From: Eledone cirrhosa
Taxonomy: Eukaryota
NCBI GenBank assembly: GCA_964016885.1
Contig: OZ024743.1
Span: forward strand, 119,350,001 to 119,414,000
Direction of reading: 5' to 3'
Length of the DNA stretch: 64,000 bases
The position numbers and the translations under genes were made by a program. This document shows positions 42,817-56,138 of this stretch, piece by piece. The notes under the pieces were generated by a model. That model was not told the DNA's origin, searched no databases, and worked only from the letters and a program-made list of their open reading frames with translations. The first letter of the stretch is position 1. The number at the start of each line of letters is the position of its first letter.

Positions 42817-42971
42817 CAAAGGAATTGTGGTAAGGAACCAGATAGACCATAACGCACCAGAGTACTCAATACTTAGGGTAGTAGAGTGGGAAATAGGAAC
42901 AAGTATGACCCCGACGGCAGAGCTCAAGCCGTCGAGACGGCTTGAGCTCTGGCGTCGCGATCATACTTGTT

Positions 42972-42975
<4 letters not shown>
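42816..42975. mobile_element. Family A fold-back insert
   Basis: Reverse-complement homologue of 3762-3935 with a different inversion point. Confidence 0.8.
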
Positions 42976-43023
<48 letters not shown>

Positions 43024-43032
43024 TATTCATAT

Positions 43033-43591
43033 ATAATAAATGTTCGGCATTATAATAAATGTTCGGTGAATCCATACGTACATATATATATGTGTGCATG
43101 TATGTATATATATATATACATACTACTGCACGTCTGTATAAATATATGTATGTACGTATACATACTTATATTTAAGTAACAGCCGCACTAAGAGTGAGAA
43201 ATGAAATTTCGTTTCATTTTTTCCGTTTATCGTTTTCGGTACCCCGGCCAATTAACTCACTCGATATGCAAATTAGGCTGCTCAGCCGTTAATATGCATA
43301 AGGAAAGTATATACTTTCAGACGTTCAATCATCTGGCAGGAAGGTATACGTTGCTGACGATAGCTAATAAGCTTGAAACTAGTACAGCGTTCCTTTGTCA
43401 GTGTTGAACAAATGAGCAACGATGGTTGCTAGACACTGTACGGCTTAATTCGTGATGTTTGTTTACAAACACACCAAGCATTATAATAAATGTTCGGTGA
43501 ATCCATACGTACATATATATATATGTGTGTGCATGTATATAAATATACATACTACTGTACATATATACATATATGTATGTACGTATACATA

Positions 43592-43600
<9 letters not shown>
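43033..43600. repeat. Unclassified element with ~120-bp direct repeats (43048-43170 and 43478-43597)
   Basis: CATTATAATAAATGTTCGGTGAATCCATACGTACATA...GTACGTATACATACTTATAT occurs twice. Confidence 0.6.
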
Positions 43601-43677
<77 letters not shown>

Positions 43678-43919
43678 TATTTTCAATAAGTAACTCTTAG
43701 AAGAGTAATGTTTCCTTCTCTAAGAATTTGATATACATACATAGTGAAATTACCTTGTAAAAGGAAAGCCCCCCCAAAATACTGGAACATCGAATGTTAT
43801 AAAATAGTTCAATCTGGAAGTATTTTGATTTTCTCTCCAGCACAAGATTTGATGGCAGATGAGGACCTATTGGTTGTCAAGTATGAGAGTTGTAGTGTTG
43901 GAGTGAAGAGAGTGTTCCA

Positions 43920-44147
43920 CAAACTCGCGTAGCCTTAACGTTGTTCTGAGATAAATTCAGCTTGACACAGCCTGTTACATGTCTGGAACTTCGACTTACT
44001 GGTACAACTTATTTTGGCACCTGAGTGGATTGAAGTAAGATGAAATAAAGTGTCTTGCTCAAGGACACAGCATAGCGCCGGGAATCGAACTCAGAACATT
44101 ACGATCGTGGGCCGAATACCCTAACGACTAAGTCACGTCCCTTCACA
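43920..44147 (-). mobile_element. Second tRNA-derived SINE family
   Basis: Minus: A-box TGACTTAGTCGTTAGG, B-box GAGTTCGATTCCC, then TGTGTCCTTGAGCAAGACACTTTA. Confidence 0.7.
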
Positions 44148-44149
44148 CA

Positions 44150-44205
<56 letters not shown>

Positions 44206-44208
<3 letters not shown>

Positions 44209-44378
44209 TCCGGGTTGAATCGGAGGTAACCGCAGTAAGTAAGGTACTCAATACATAGCAGAGTATAAAAGTTTTAATATAGATGAGATTCTACAGGACT
44301 AAAACTGTTTCATTCCTGATGATTTCTAAAGAATGAAACAGTTCTAGTCCTGTAGAATCTCATCTATATTAAAAAAAA
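44206..44378. mobile_element. PLE-derived fold-back (family H) with a hammerhead core in the loop; tail fragment also at 22531-22559
   Basis: Arms 44272-44315 and 44331-44374; CTGATGA at 44316-44322 and GAAA at 44335-44338; tail 44206-44271. Confidence 0.8.
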
Positions 44379-44825
44379 AAATATATATATATATATTTAT
44401 ATATATATGTGTGTGTGTGTGTGCGCGTATGCGTATGTGTGTGTGTATACATTTGCATAGATAGATACATATTATGTTGTAATGCTTGTATGTATGTATG
44501 TATTATTTTCTTTATATTAGTTATTAGTATGAATGTCTTTTAAAACTGTTATGATTTACGAAGTATTCAGTTGCAAGATTCCGGAAATTGTCAATAACAA
44601 CAGAAGTGAAGTTCGATTGATGCGGTCTTTTAGAATATTCGAGGTTGACCATTTCGAATAGGAAGTCGGAAATTCAAAACGAGATACACGATTTAAACAC
44701 AAGGGCATTCGGAATTTGGACAGCAGCGACAAATCTCTGTGATGTCAGCGTAATGTTGAGGATTTTGTGATATATGTAGATACTTTCATACACACAAACG
44801 CACCAGCAGACATATGCACATATAT

Positions 44826-44872
<47 letters not shown>

Positions 44873-44992
44873 TGGAACTTCGATTTACTGGTACAGTACA
44901 TCTGTGTATGCATATATATATATATATGGAGAGGGCGAGAGAGAGAGATAGACAGGGAAAGAAAATGAGAGAGCTACATACATTGTATAAAC

Positions 44993-45117
<125 letters not shown>

Positions 45118-45435
45118 GAGAAAGAAAGATAGATAGATTAAGAGAAAAAGTGTATGACCGAGAGAGAAATTAGATAAATGATGTTGATGATGATGGTAAT
45201 GATAACAAGCCGATGATGACAGTGTGGCTGTTGATAATAATGAGGATGATGATGAGTATGAGTAGGAGGAGGAAGAAGAGGAGAGGAGAGGGGAGAAGGA
45301 TAATAATGATGATGTTAATGAAGATGATGATGACGATAGTGATAGAAGGCGGAAAAGAAAAACGATGTGAGGTGTTGAGAATAACAACAGAACTTTGTAT
45401 AGGATTAGATTATGCATCTTTCTCAGATTGCTCGC

Positions 45436-45436
45436 T

Positions 45437-45517
<81 letters not shown>

Positions 45518-45544
45518 AATAGTAGTAGTAGTAGTAGCAGCAGC

Positions 45545-45608
<64 letters not shown>

Positions 45609-45629
45609 AGTAGTAGTAGTAGTAGTAGT

Positions 45630-45724
<95 letters not shown>

Positions 45725-45725
45725 T

Positions 45726-45770
<45 letters not shown>

Positions 45771-45780
45771 AGTAAGTAAG
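45436..45780. repeat. (TAG)n trinucleotide microsatellite
   Basis: Directly visible. Confidence 0.97.
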
Positions 45781-45869
45781 AAATTGTTGCTTCTCTTTAC
45801 GTCAGTTCTGATAAAGCAGACATAAATTAATCGAAGACATTTCTGCAAGGACAAGTTTCAATAGATATA

Positions 45870-46952
45870 TTTTTTTCTAGGACGATTTGAAGTTCTTCAC
45901 TAATAGTGAGAGTAAAATACTTGGAGTGGTTTCAACAGGACAGATATCGAGTTGGGGTATCAGGATGGAGTTTGGCATTAAGAAGTGTGGAGAATTAATC
46001 ATGAAGCGTGGAAAAGTTGTTACATCAAGAAGTTGAGTTGCCCAACGGGTAAAAATGAAAAACATTGAAGAAGCAGGAGATAGATATCTGCAATTAATTC
46101 ACGGGCGATAGCAGTGTTGAGATATAGAGCGGGATTTGTGAAATGGCCATTAGATAAGCTAAAATGCCTTGATAGAAATTTGAGGAACACTCCACACTAA
46201 AAATGGTGTAGACAGAATATATGCAACGAGGAACAAAGGATGGAGAGGATTAATAGAGCGTAAGGAATGTGTGACGATTGCTTAGTAAATATAACCGTAG
46301 ATTCAACTCTATGTAGATATGTGGGGAAACAAACAACGTGTGTGTCACACATCATTAGTGAATGCCTCAAATTAGCCCAAAGAGAATACAAGAGAAGGCA
46401 CGATGCATTGGAAGCTCTGTGGAAAGTATCTTTTGAATCCAAATGAACTCTGGTATGAACATCAACCAGCAGGCGTAGTTGAGAATGATGACGAAAAGGT
46501 CTTATTAGACGTGACTATACAGTGCGATAATGTAATAACAGAAAGGAAACCCAATAGAAAGGAGTTTTGATAGAAAAAAAATAGAGAGGATATATCGAAT
46601 TATTGATGTTGGCATTCCAGTAGATGAGAGGATCTACCGGAAAGAAATGGAGATTAATAAATAGCAGGACCTTAGAATTGAATGAAAAAGAATATGGAAC
46701 ACGAAAAAGGTTGGGTTAATAGCAATAGTGATAGGTGCTCTTGGTTGTGTAACCAAGAACTTAGAAAAATCTATAGAAAAACTTAGGATCCATGGAAAGT
46801 TAGTATTCCACAGCTTAAATTTTGAGAAGTGTGATGGGGACATAAACCCTGGGAGACAATAAACAAGGGTTCCTAGGTCATTAGTTATGACCAGTTCTCA
46901 AGGTTTAGTTATGACGCAAAAGAACAGCCGGGAAAAGAAGAAATAATAATAA
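45870..46952 (+). mobile_element. Degraded R4/Dong-like non-LTR retrotransposon fragment with a (TAA)n end
   Basis: DDLKFF...IRMEFGIKKC; WYEHQPAGVVEND..VLLDVTIQCDNVITERKP; IVIGALG; ends AATAATAATAAT. Confidence 0.75.
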
Positions 46953-47398
46953 TTGTGTCTATTTTTGCCACAAGGCAAGCAATTACCCCAGTGTATTACT
47001 GGCACTTTATTTTATCGACCCCGTAAAGTACAAAGCAAGCAATTTTGGGGGTGGGGAAAGTCGATTAAATCGACCCTAGTGCATTACTGGTGCTTTATTT
47101 TATCGACCTTGTAGGGATGAAAGGCAAAGCTTACCTCGGCGGGATTTGACTTCAGAACGTAAAGGACCGTAACTCTATGCTCTACTGATACTGCCAGCCC
47201 ACCGCCCTTCTGTCAATAATAATTGTTTCTACTTTTGGCACAAGGCCAGCAATTACCAGTACATTACTGGTACTTTATTTTATCGATGCTGTAAGGATGA
47301 ATGACAAAGTTAACCTCAGCGGGATTTGAACTCAGAATGGCAAGGGCCGTAACTCTATGCGTCAAAGCATGGTGTCCGACGCTCTACCGATACTGCAA
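46953..47398 (-). mobile_element. Cluster of tandem or nested tRNA-derived SINEs
   Basis: Three partial or complete reverse-complement copies of the 8932-9125 family. Confidence 0.8.
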
Positions 47399-48006
47399 CA
47401 AAGAAGATGATGGTGACGATATATGTTGTCCTTTTTATTTACCGAGGTGGAGGTAGTATGTTTCAGGTTAAAATAGCGCCTATATCTGTTTGCAATTGAG
47501 ATTGTTGTTATTCTCGCTGATAAATTATAGTGCTGTTGCTGGTATTGTTACCAGTATTGGTACTAGTATTATTGTGGAAGTCGTGATGATGAATGTGAGC
47601 GTACAGTGAGTGGGTGATAGTAACGACAGTCTTCGTACATGAGTCGGTGACAGTGGTGGTGGTAATGGTGGTGATGGTGTTGGTAGTAGTGACGTTAGTA
47701 ATAGTGACGAAGTGACGAGTGTAGTATCGATGGTGGTAATGGTGGTGATGGTGTTGGTAGTAGTGACGTTAGTAATAGTGACGAAGGGACGAGAGTAGTA
47801 TCGATGGTGGTAATGGTGATGAAACCGAGGCTGATGGCAGAGCAACAATTGGGTCAGTGTGTAATGGATGATGTCAATGGCGTTATCTTCCGTCTGTTCA
47901 GTGAAGCATGACACGAAGGACTGCGCTTCTGCTCCCTAGGCCAGACAGAGAATGAATATTTCCTCGAAATATTCATTTGTCACACACACACAGACACACC
48001 TATACG

Positions 48007-48038
<32 letters not shown>

Positions 48039-48059
48039 CACTCACACACACACCCATAG

Positions 48060-48171
<112 letters not shown>

Positions 48172-48425
48172 CATGGAATAAATACACCAACAGATAAAAA
48201 TAATATATATAAAATGACATAGGATTTAATGGCCGCGCAAAACGGAAAAGCAACAATGGTGGTAATGTTGATGAGTAGTGTGTTACATGCGCGTATTTAT
48301 AAATGGGTGTGTGTATTTGTGTGCCTGTAATTGTAGGTGTTTAAATGCAGGCTCACGTGTATATTATATGCATATACATAAATGTCAGCATAAACATATA
48401 TATATACATATTTATATATATATAA

Positions 48426-48463
<38 letters not shown>

Positions 48464-48468
48464 CTATA

Positions 48469-48510
<42 letters not shown>

Positions 48511-48666
48511 CATGGGCGTAAGGTTCAAATATTGTCTTCCCAATCACGTGGTTTCTTGTTTAGGTCAAACTGCATGTTAATATGAGCAAGTGAGTTTTAG
48601 TATTATCATTGGCTGACTACCAACAGACTAATTGCTCGTGAGTGAAAATTGGTAGATGGGTGGCCG

Positions 48667-49237
<571 letters not shown>

Positions 49238-49350
49238 GAATTGGTGCTCTGAAATAGCGATATATATATATGAATGTATATATAGTGTATTTTGCAATAC
49301 ACTGTATGCTTATTTAAAAGCATTTCGAAGACCTTCGAAGACGCATCTAC

Positions 49351-49404
<54 letters not shown>

Positions 49405-49411
<7 letters not shown>

Positions 49412-49860
49412 AGAAAACTTAAGAGAAACACAAACATAAAAACAAGGACAATCCCCGCTCATCGGCTGTATTCTGTGGGTTGTTGATGTTTCGTACGGAT
49501 GGAAGATAAAACATCTCACCACAGTTCGTTGATAATTAAGAGGAATAGTTATCCGGGAAACAAACAACAAATAACAGATGATAACAAAAAGAACGACTTA
49601 AAAAGAAAACAAAGTCGTTCTCCTAGTTATCGTTTTTTTTTTCTTTTTTTCACAGATAACATATAATCTTAGTTATCAACGCACTATGGTGAGATGCAAT
49701 GTTTTTAATGCGTTCGAAACATCAGCGACCCACAGAAGACAGCCGATGAGCGGGAATTGTGCTTGTGTTTATGTTTTTCTTACGTTTTCTAAATAATATT
49801 TATTAGTAATGACACAGCGCCTTTGTCACTTTTAATTTTTTTTTCTCCTCTTGGTTTAGC
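49405..49860. mobile_element. Older fold-back insert with diverged arms and a tail
   Basis: ~49409-49545 is reverse-complementary to ~49665-49793; (TA)n on the left. Confidence 0.65.
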
Positions 49861-51084
49861 ACACAAAAATCTGCCCGAGTGCACAAATCTACGTCTATGC
49901 TGCTGGTACAGTACTGTTTCAAATTATACTAGTGGTGGTGGAAGCAGTTATGACTGTTTGATGTATATGGTGGTAAGTTGATTGCAATGGTACAATCGTG
50001 GTGGGTATTTGTGACAGACGATGTCAGTTGTGTTGTGCTAGTAGTGGACTTGCAGACGAGCTGCAGTTGATTGGTGCAAGGGGTAATAGTGGGCGTGATT
50101 GCCATTAAGGGTGGCTGTGGTAATTAGTGGTGGTTGTGTTGATTGGTGATGGTAGTAGTGGTAGTTAACGATGACGACGACAATGACAACGTTGACGACG
50201 AGGATGACGTTAAGGATAATGATGATAATGATGATGGGGGTGTTTGTGGTGTTGGTCGTAGTCTTCGTTGTGATGATGATGGTAATAAGAGCTATAGTGC
50301 TATTGGCGAAGGAAGGAGGGAACATCGACGTAGTCATTCGATTTGCAAGAAATATTATTCTTCAGAAAAATATAACTATCGATGGCGGTACCCCAGCATG
50401 GCCCCAGCAGGGTCACAGCCTGTCGACTGGAACACGTAATAGAGTAATAAAGAATCAAACATATTGGACATATGAAATATGAAAGCAGAAATCACGGAAT
50501 TTGAAGTCAGAACGCAAAGATACAAAATAAATAATGCATTTCGTCGGACCCTCTAACGGTTCTACCAATTCGCAGTGGTTTGTGGGAGATTCGACTGTTA
50601 TTTCTCGCTGATTGAGCTAACATGATTCCTCGTTGTTTAGCCTCAGGTTAGCCCTGGCCGAGCAAACTTATGATTAAAAGCATTCCCTCTTTTTGTGTAT
50701 AAGTATAGTGTCTCAAGATTCATAGAAAAATGTTCCTTTTCTTAAGATGAATGTACCATTTATCGACTCGCCAACATTAGTTTTTGTCTAACACTTGATC
50801 GAAAATCATTCCCGCCATGACTATCCTAACTCAGGTGTAGTGTAACTTGAACCTTGAACGATATTCTCTCGGCTCAATTTCGTAAGATGGTTGGTCACTG
50901 TATGGTTTGTGACGGGGCTGTTATTTCTAGTACAAGCGATCGTTTAGACACTTTCTCATTGGATAGTCACTAATGCTAATGTCGTTGTTATTGTGTTTGT
51001 AGTTTCTATATCAGCAACATCCGAGCATATATATGAGCAAAGATATTACAGTTATCACAATGCAGTCTTATATTCAAACAGTAT

Positions 51085-51185
51085 CCTTCTTCTTCGTCTT
51101 GTGACGCTAAACTCTAGCAGCTTCAGACTGCGCATCAACATATGATATCTCTTTCCACAAAGTTCGATCACCAGCAGCAGAGTTC
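51085..51185 (-). mobile_element. LINE (RTE-like) 3' end with a (GAA)n tail
   Basis: Minus translation AAGDRTLWKEIS...* resembles the A.DR..W C-terminal motif, followed by GAAGAAGAAG. Confidence 0.5.
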
Positions 51186-51725
51186 AAACAGTGTATCTAA
51201 GATTAAATCAAATGTGTTTTATACTTGAAAGTTAGTAGGGTGTGATTTACGAGGAATTTGTCCGTTATTAATTGCAGGTCATATGAGCTCGTGAAGCTAC
51301 CGTCAATTTCAGATGGGAGAAGGGATGTTCCACATAAAAGTTTGCTATTCAGATGAAAAAAGAAGAGTTTAAATCTGATGGCAAAAAGAGAAAAAAGAAA
51401 TGTCTGTAGTGAAGCCTAGTCGCTATTTGCAGATGTTCTAGGAAACAGAGAGAAAAATGGATAGTTATTTCATTAATCACAGTGTTGGCATTGTTGCTGC
51501 TGTCTTTACTACTGTTATTACAGTTGTTGATGTTTTTGTTGTTGTTATAGCAACCGTTGCTCGAAAACATGCAAGAGTCATTCATAGTAAATCCGTAATA
51601 TTTGCTACTTAGGAAAGTGAGTCAGCAAGATTGGAGGGAGTGATTTTAATCATTCATTAAACACACAAGCACGCACGCACACGCACATATATACACGCAC
51701 ACACACACATATATACAGACACACA

Positions 51726-51756
<31 letters not shown>

Positions 51757-52540
51757 AAGAGAGAGGGAGAGAGAGGGAGAGAGAGAGATGCATTATAACT
51801 CAACGGTTTAACCCACACAACATTGTTCAATGTAATTGTTTATAAGGCTATAAATGATGGGGTGATCACGGCTGGTTTGCCTATGATCATAGGCCCAATC
51901 GTTAACGTTTGACCTGAAGTTAAATAACACCATCATTTATATATTTTAAATATTTCAAGAACATAATACATTCATTTCAATACGACATTACATATTCTAA
52001 AAGAACACCTGTTCTCTAAGAAGAAGTAGAAAGAAAAATGGTTTTTGGTTGTTATTGTTTAGTACCAGATCATGCCAGGTCCAGTTGTGACCATCCTGTT
52101 GGAAACTAATTTTTTAATGTGTTATGTTTTTTTATTTATTGTTTTTAGACAGTAAGATGTGATTTGATAATGATTTGACTGCTATTTCAATCAGGATGTG
52201 CGACCTTGTTGGCTTAGTCAATTTATATACATTGATACATGTGTTGGCGCAAGGGAGGATATGAGCATTGCCAAATATTTCAAATCTTAAGGAGACCGTA
52301 ATGAATTGGTTTATCCTTCAATGATTCTGAGATAACAGCATACGTTGTCTAGAAATGCAAAGTGCTGCTGGTAAGCTAGTTAGGCAAATGGCTATTCTAG
52401 ATAAATATTTCGAAGCTAGTGGTTATGGTGATGTAAACATTTTCATGGTATGAATAATAAAATTACCAATGAAGTACGTAGTGCAAGAACCTAGGACATT
52501 GAACCATTCAGGAAGCGATTATATCACATTATATGATACA

Positions 52541-52704
52541 TGGCAGTATCAGTAGAGGGTCGGACGCCATACCTTCCATCATAGTTACGTCCCTTTACGT
52601 TCTGAATTCGAGGTTAGCTTTGCCTTTCATCCTTACGGGGTCGATAGCATAAAGTACCAGTAATGTACTGGGTAATTGCTGGCCTTGTGCCAAAAGTAGA
52701 AACA
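52541..52704 (+). mobile_element. 5'-truncated tRNA-derived SINE with a 13-bp TSD
   Basis: ATTATATGATACA at 52528-52540 and 52705-52717. Confidence 0.85.
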
Positions 52705-53056
52705 ATTATATGATACAAGCGACGAACGCTTCATTAGTAGCTTGATTCTCGTAATAGCATTGGGTAATCAAACTGGTCCAGCAACAGAAATTTAACGTTA
52801 AATACCAAAGAAATGTATGTATTAGACGGTAAATGATGATGGGGAGTTAACTTACCGTTCTTTATATGTCTTTATATTTCAGGATAAAATCATTAATACA
52901 AGAAACTAGCAGGAGCTGTATATACTTTGTCCGTCTTAAGCCATTTTTCTTTCTTTAACATTTCAACATTATTTATATAATTTTAACATTCACCGCCCAT
53001 TTCACATTGTGGAACACTACTTTTTACGCTCCACAAAATACTTCAAGCAAACACCC

Positions 53057-53109
<53 letters not shown>

Positions 53110-53117
<8 letters not shown>

Positions 53118-53703
53118 ATACTTTGGGAGGGTCATGTTGCCAATAACAAACACACGCACCAGTTGCTTTCACTTCAATTTATTATAAATTAAATTTATAA
53201 ATTTAGGAATTTATAAATTTCCGGTTGGTTGGTTGGTTACACAACCAGACGATTGTTCATATATTGTCAAAGTTCTTTCGTCTCACATTCTGTGACCTCT
53301 TCAGTGACTGGGGATTCTGTTCTTTGTTTTTGTGCCTCTCTTTGTTCTGTCCTACGCCATTTTGTTTTTGTAAAAATTGTTTTTGTAAAAATAAGATGGC
53401 GTAGGACAGAACAAAGGAGAGGCACAAAAACAAAGAAAAGAATCCCCAGTCACTCTGAAGAGGTCACAGAATGTGTGACGAAAGAACTTTGACAATATAT
53501 GAACAATCGTCTGGTTGTGGAACCAACCAACCAACCGGAAATTTATAAATTCCTAAATTTATGAATTTAATTTATAATAAATTGAAGTGAAAGCAACTGG
53601 GGCGTGTGTTTGTTATTGGCAACATGACCCTCCCAAAGTATAACAATATCGGTTTCAACACACGTTTTCAGATAAAGAATCTTGCTAAACAAATTCAGAA
53701 ACG

Positions 53704-53706
<3 letters not shown>
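53110..53706. mobile_element. Fold-back of a Nematis-related PLE 3' end with hammerheads in both arms
   Basis: ~260-bp arms 53110-53370 and 53385-53649. Minus 53266-53308 reads GTCA-CTGAAGA-GGTCACAGAATGTGAGAC-GAAA-GAACTT-TGAC; terminus shared with 37799-37822. Confidence 0.88.
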
Positions 53707-53775
<69 letters not shown>

Positions 53776-53776
<1 letters not shown>

Positions 53777-54310
53777 TATATCAACTAGAAATAGATTGAC
53801 ATATACTGTATATATATAAAATAAACATATGAAACAATCACGGGGAATAATTTGTAAAGTGTGTAAGCACAGATAGCTAGGTAGGTAACTAATTAAAGTT
53901 TAACAAGAACTTCAAATATAGATACCTTTTAAAATGATTAATTTTCTTTGTATATATTTATTTAAATAAAAAATATATTTCACCAATTAATCGGTAAATC
54001 ACAGTAGTCAAATATATTTTTTATTTAAAGAAATATATACAAAGGGGATTAATCATTTTAAAAGGTATCTATATTTGAAGTTCTTGTTAAACTTTAATTA
54101 GTAACCTACCTAGCTATTTGTGCTTACACACTTTACAAATTATTCCTTGTGATTGTTTCATATGTTTATTTTATATATATACAGTATATGTCAATCTATT
54201 TCTAGTTGATATAAAATGCTCGGATCTATTCATTGGAATCTTTGAGCTTATTCTGCAGTGGATATGGCGTATGTCTCTCTGACATGACAACCCTTAATTT
54301 AATTTTTGAT
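53776..54310. mobile_element. AT-rich fold-back insert with a tail, between (TA)n tracts
   Basis: ~205-bp arms 53776-53980 and 54010-54213; tail 54214-54310; no complete hammerhead core seen. Confidence 0.8.
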
Positions 54311-54330
54311 ATACATATATATATATATAT

Positions 54331-55335
54331 ATATTTATTAAAATAACAGATTAAAGTTTAATCAAAGAATCGCTGCTTTCACCCTTAACGGGATCTTCTG
54401 AAACTAACAAAGTCAATCTGTAAACGCAGAACTGGATATTTCAAAAAACGTTGCAACCGGAGGAAGACAGGAAGACGATACTTTGGTTCGTGGAAACGTT
54501 CGCTGGCTAAGAACGGGAAAAAACGAATATAATACGTCATTAATAGGAGCGGTGAAAAACAATTACGCGCAAAGACAGAACCACGTTTATGGTATAAAAG
54601 AGGTCGTAGACTAATGTTCTCTTAGGTGGTTCATAGAGACGTTCTCTGGCAATGAACGAAAAAAACGAAGATAATACGTCATATGTGGGGCGTGGAGAAC
54701 AATAGCACGCAAAGTCAAAACCACGTAAATGGTATAGCAGAAATCGTAGACTAAAATTCTAACTAGGAGACCGAATGAATCTCCGCTACAGAGTTAAGAA
54801 CAAAGTAAATAAATACATATATATATAGTAATAATAATAAATTTGAAGACTAAAATCCAAAGAGGGCTCGATAAGGAAAAATATATATCAGATATATAAG
54901 AACCGTAGAGCAAATATTTATTAAAATAACAGATTAAAGTTAAAGCAAAGAATCGCTGCTTTTACCCTTAACGGGATCTTCTGAAACTAATAAAGTCAAT
55001 CTGTGAACGCAGAAGTAAATATTTCAAAAAACGTTACAACCGAAGGAAGACAGGAAGACGATACTTTGGTTCGTGGAAACGTTCCCTGGCAAAGAACGAA
55101 AAAAAACGAAGATAATACGTCATTATTTGATGCAGTGAAAACAATTACACGCAAAGACAAAACCACGTTTATGGTATAAATGAAGTCGTAGACTAATATT
55201 CTATTAGGTGGTTCATGGAGACATTCTCAATGAACGGAAAAAACGAAGATAATACGTCATTTTGCTTAAACTTTAATCTGTTATTTTAATATATACATAT
55301 ATATATTAAAATAACAGGTTAAAGTTTAAGCAAAA
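54331..55335 (-). mobile_element. Family E tandem: non-coding 583-bp period with a hammerhead in each unit (retrozyme-like)
   Basis: ATATTTATTAAAATAACAGATT at 54331 and 54914; hammerhead-like motifs at 54355-54405 and 54938-54988; internal ~135-bp subrepeat; short inverted ends 55261-55335. Confidence 0.7.
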
Positions 55336-55403
55336 TGTATATACATATATATATACATATATGTATATACATATATATACATATTTGTGCACAGGTATTC
55401 CAA

Positions 55404-55460
<57 letters not shown>

Positions 55461-55464
<4 letters not shown>

Positions 55465-55714
55465 ACTTAAAACTGAACTATCCACAAGTGTTTTTTAACC
55501 TTCATATCATGTCTTCCTGTTTTATCTGATGAAAACACAAATATTATTGCATGATGATATTTGTTTTTGAAATGCGCATAATAAAATACATGGAACTCTT
55601 TTAACCATCTTTTGTTCTTATATATTATGTATACTCCAGTCCTACAAACTGTAGAGTGCTTCTTATCCGATATCTGCATTGCTTTATTGTACTACAATAA
55701 AACTCACCTCCTAC
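55461..55714 (+). mobile_element. Solo 3' end of family D PLE with hammerhead and tail
   Basis: Reverse complement of 9390-9642. Confidence 0.88.
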
Positions 55715-55735
55715 ATATATATATACATATATATT

Positions 55736-55783
<48 letters not shown>

Positions 55784-55788
55784 TATAC

Positions 55789-55899
<111 letters not shown>

Positions 55900-56014
55900 C
55901 ATTTATATATATATATATATGTATATATATCCATATATATATAAATATATATTTACATATATATATATATATACATTTATATATATATATACATATATAT
56001 ATATATAAATGTAT

Positions 56015-56138
<124 letters not shown>

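Noticed and set aside
47525-47960. Possible host exon on the minus strand after a CTAG acceptor-like site
   Set aside because: No recognisable domain, it runs into low-complexity Thr/His repeats, and no partner exons were found. RNA-seq would be needed.
49680-49730. Hammerhead in the 49.4-kb fold-back (similar partial motifs near 33400 and 53980)
   Set aside because: GAAA and a stem are present, but there is no acceptable CUGANGA core or stem I.
51349-51600. Asn-rich ORF and an acceptor-like polypyrimidine tract
   Set aside because: Low-complexity (AAC)-type sequence with no homology recognised.
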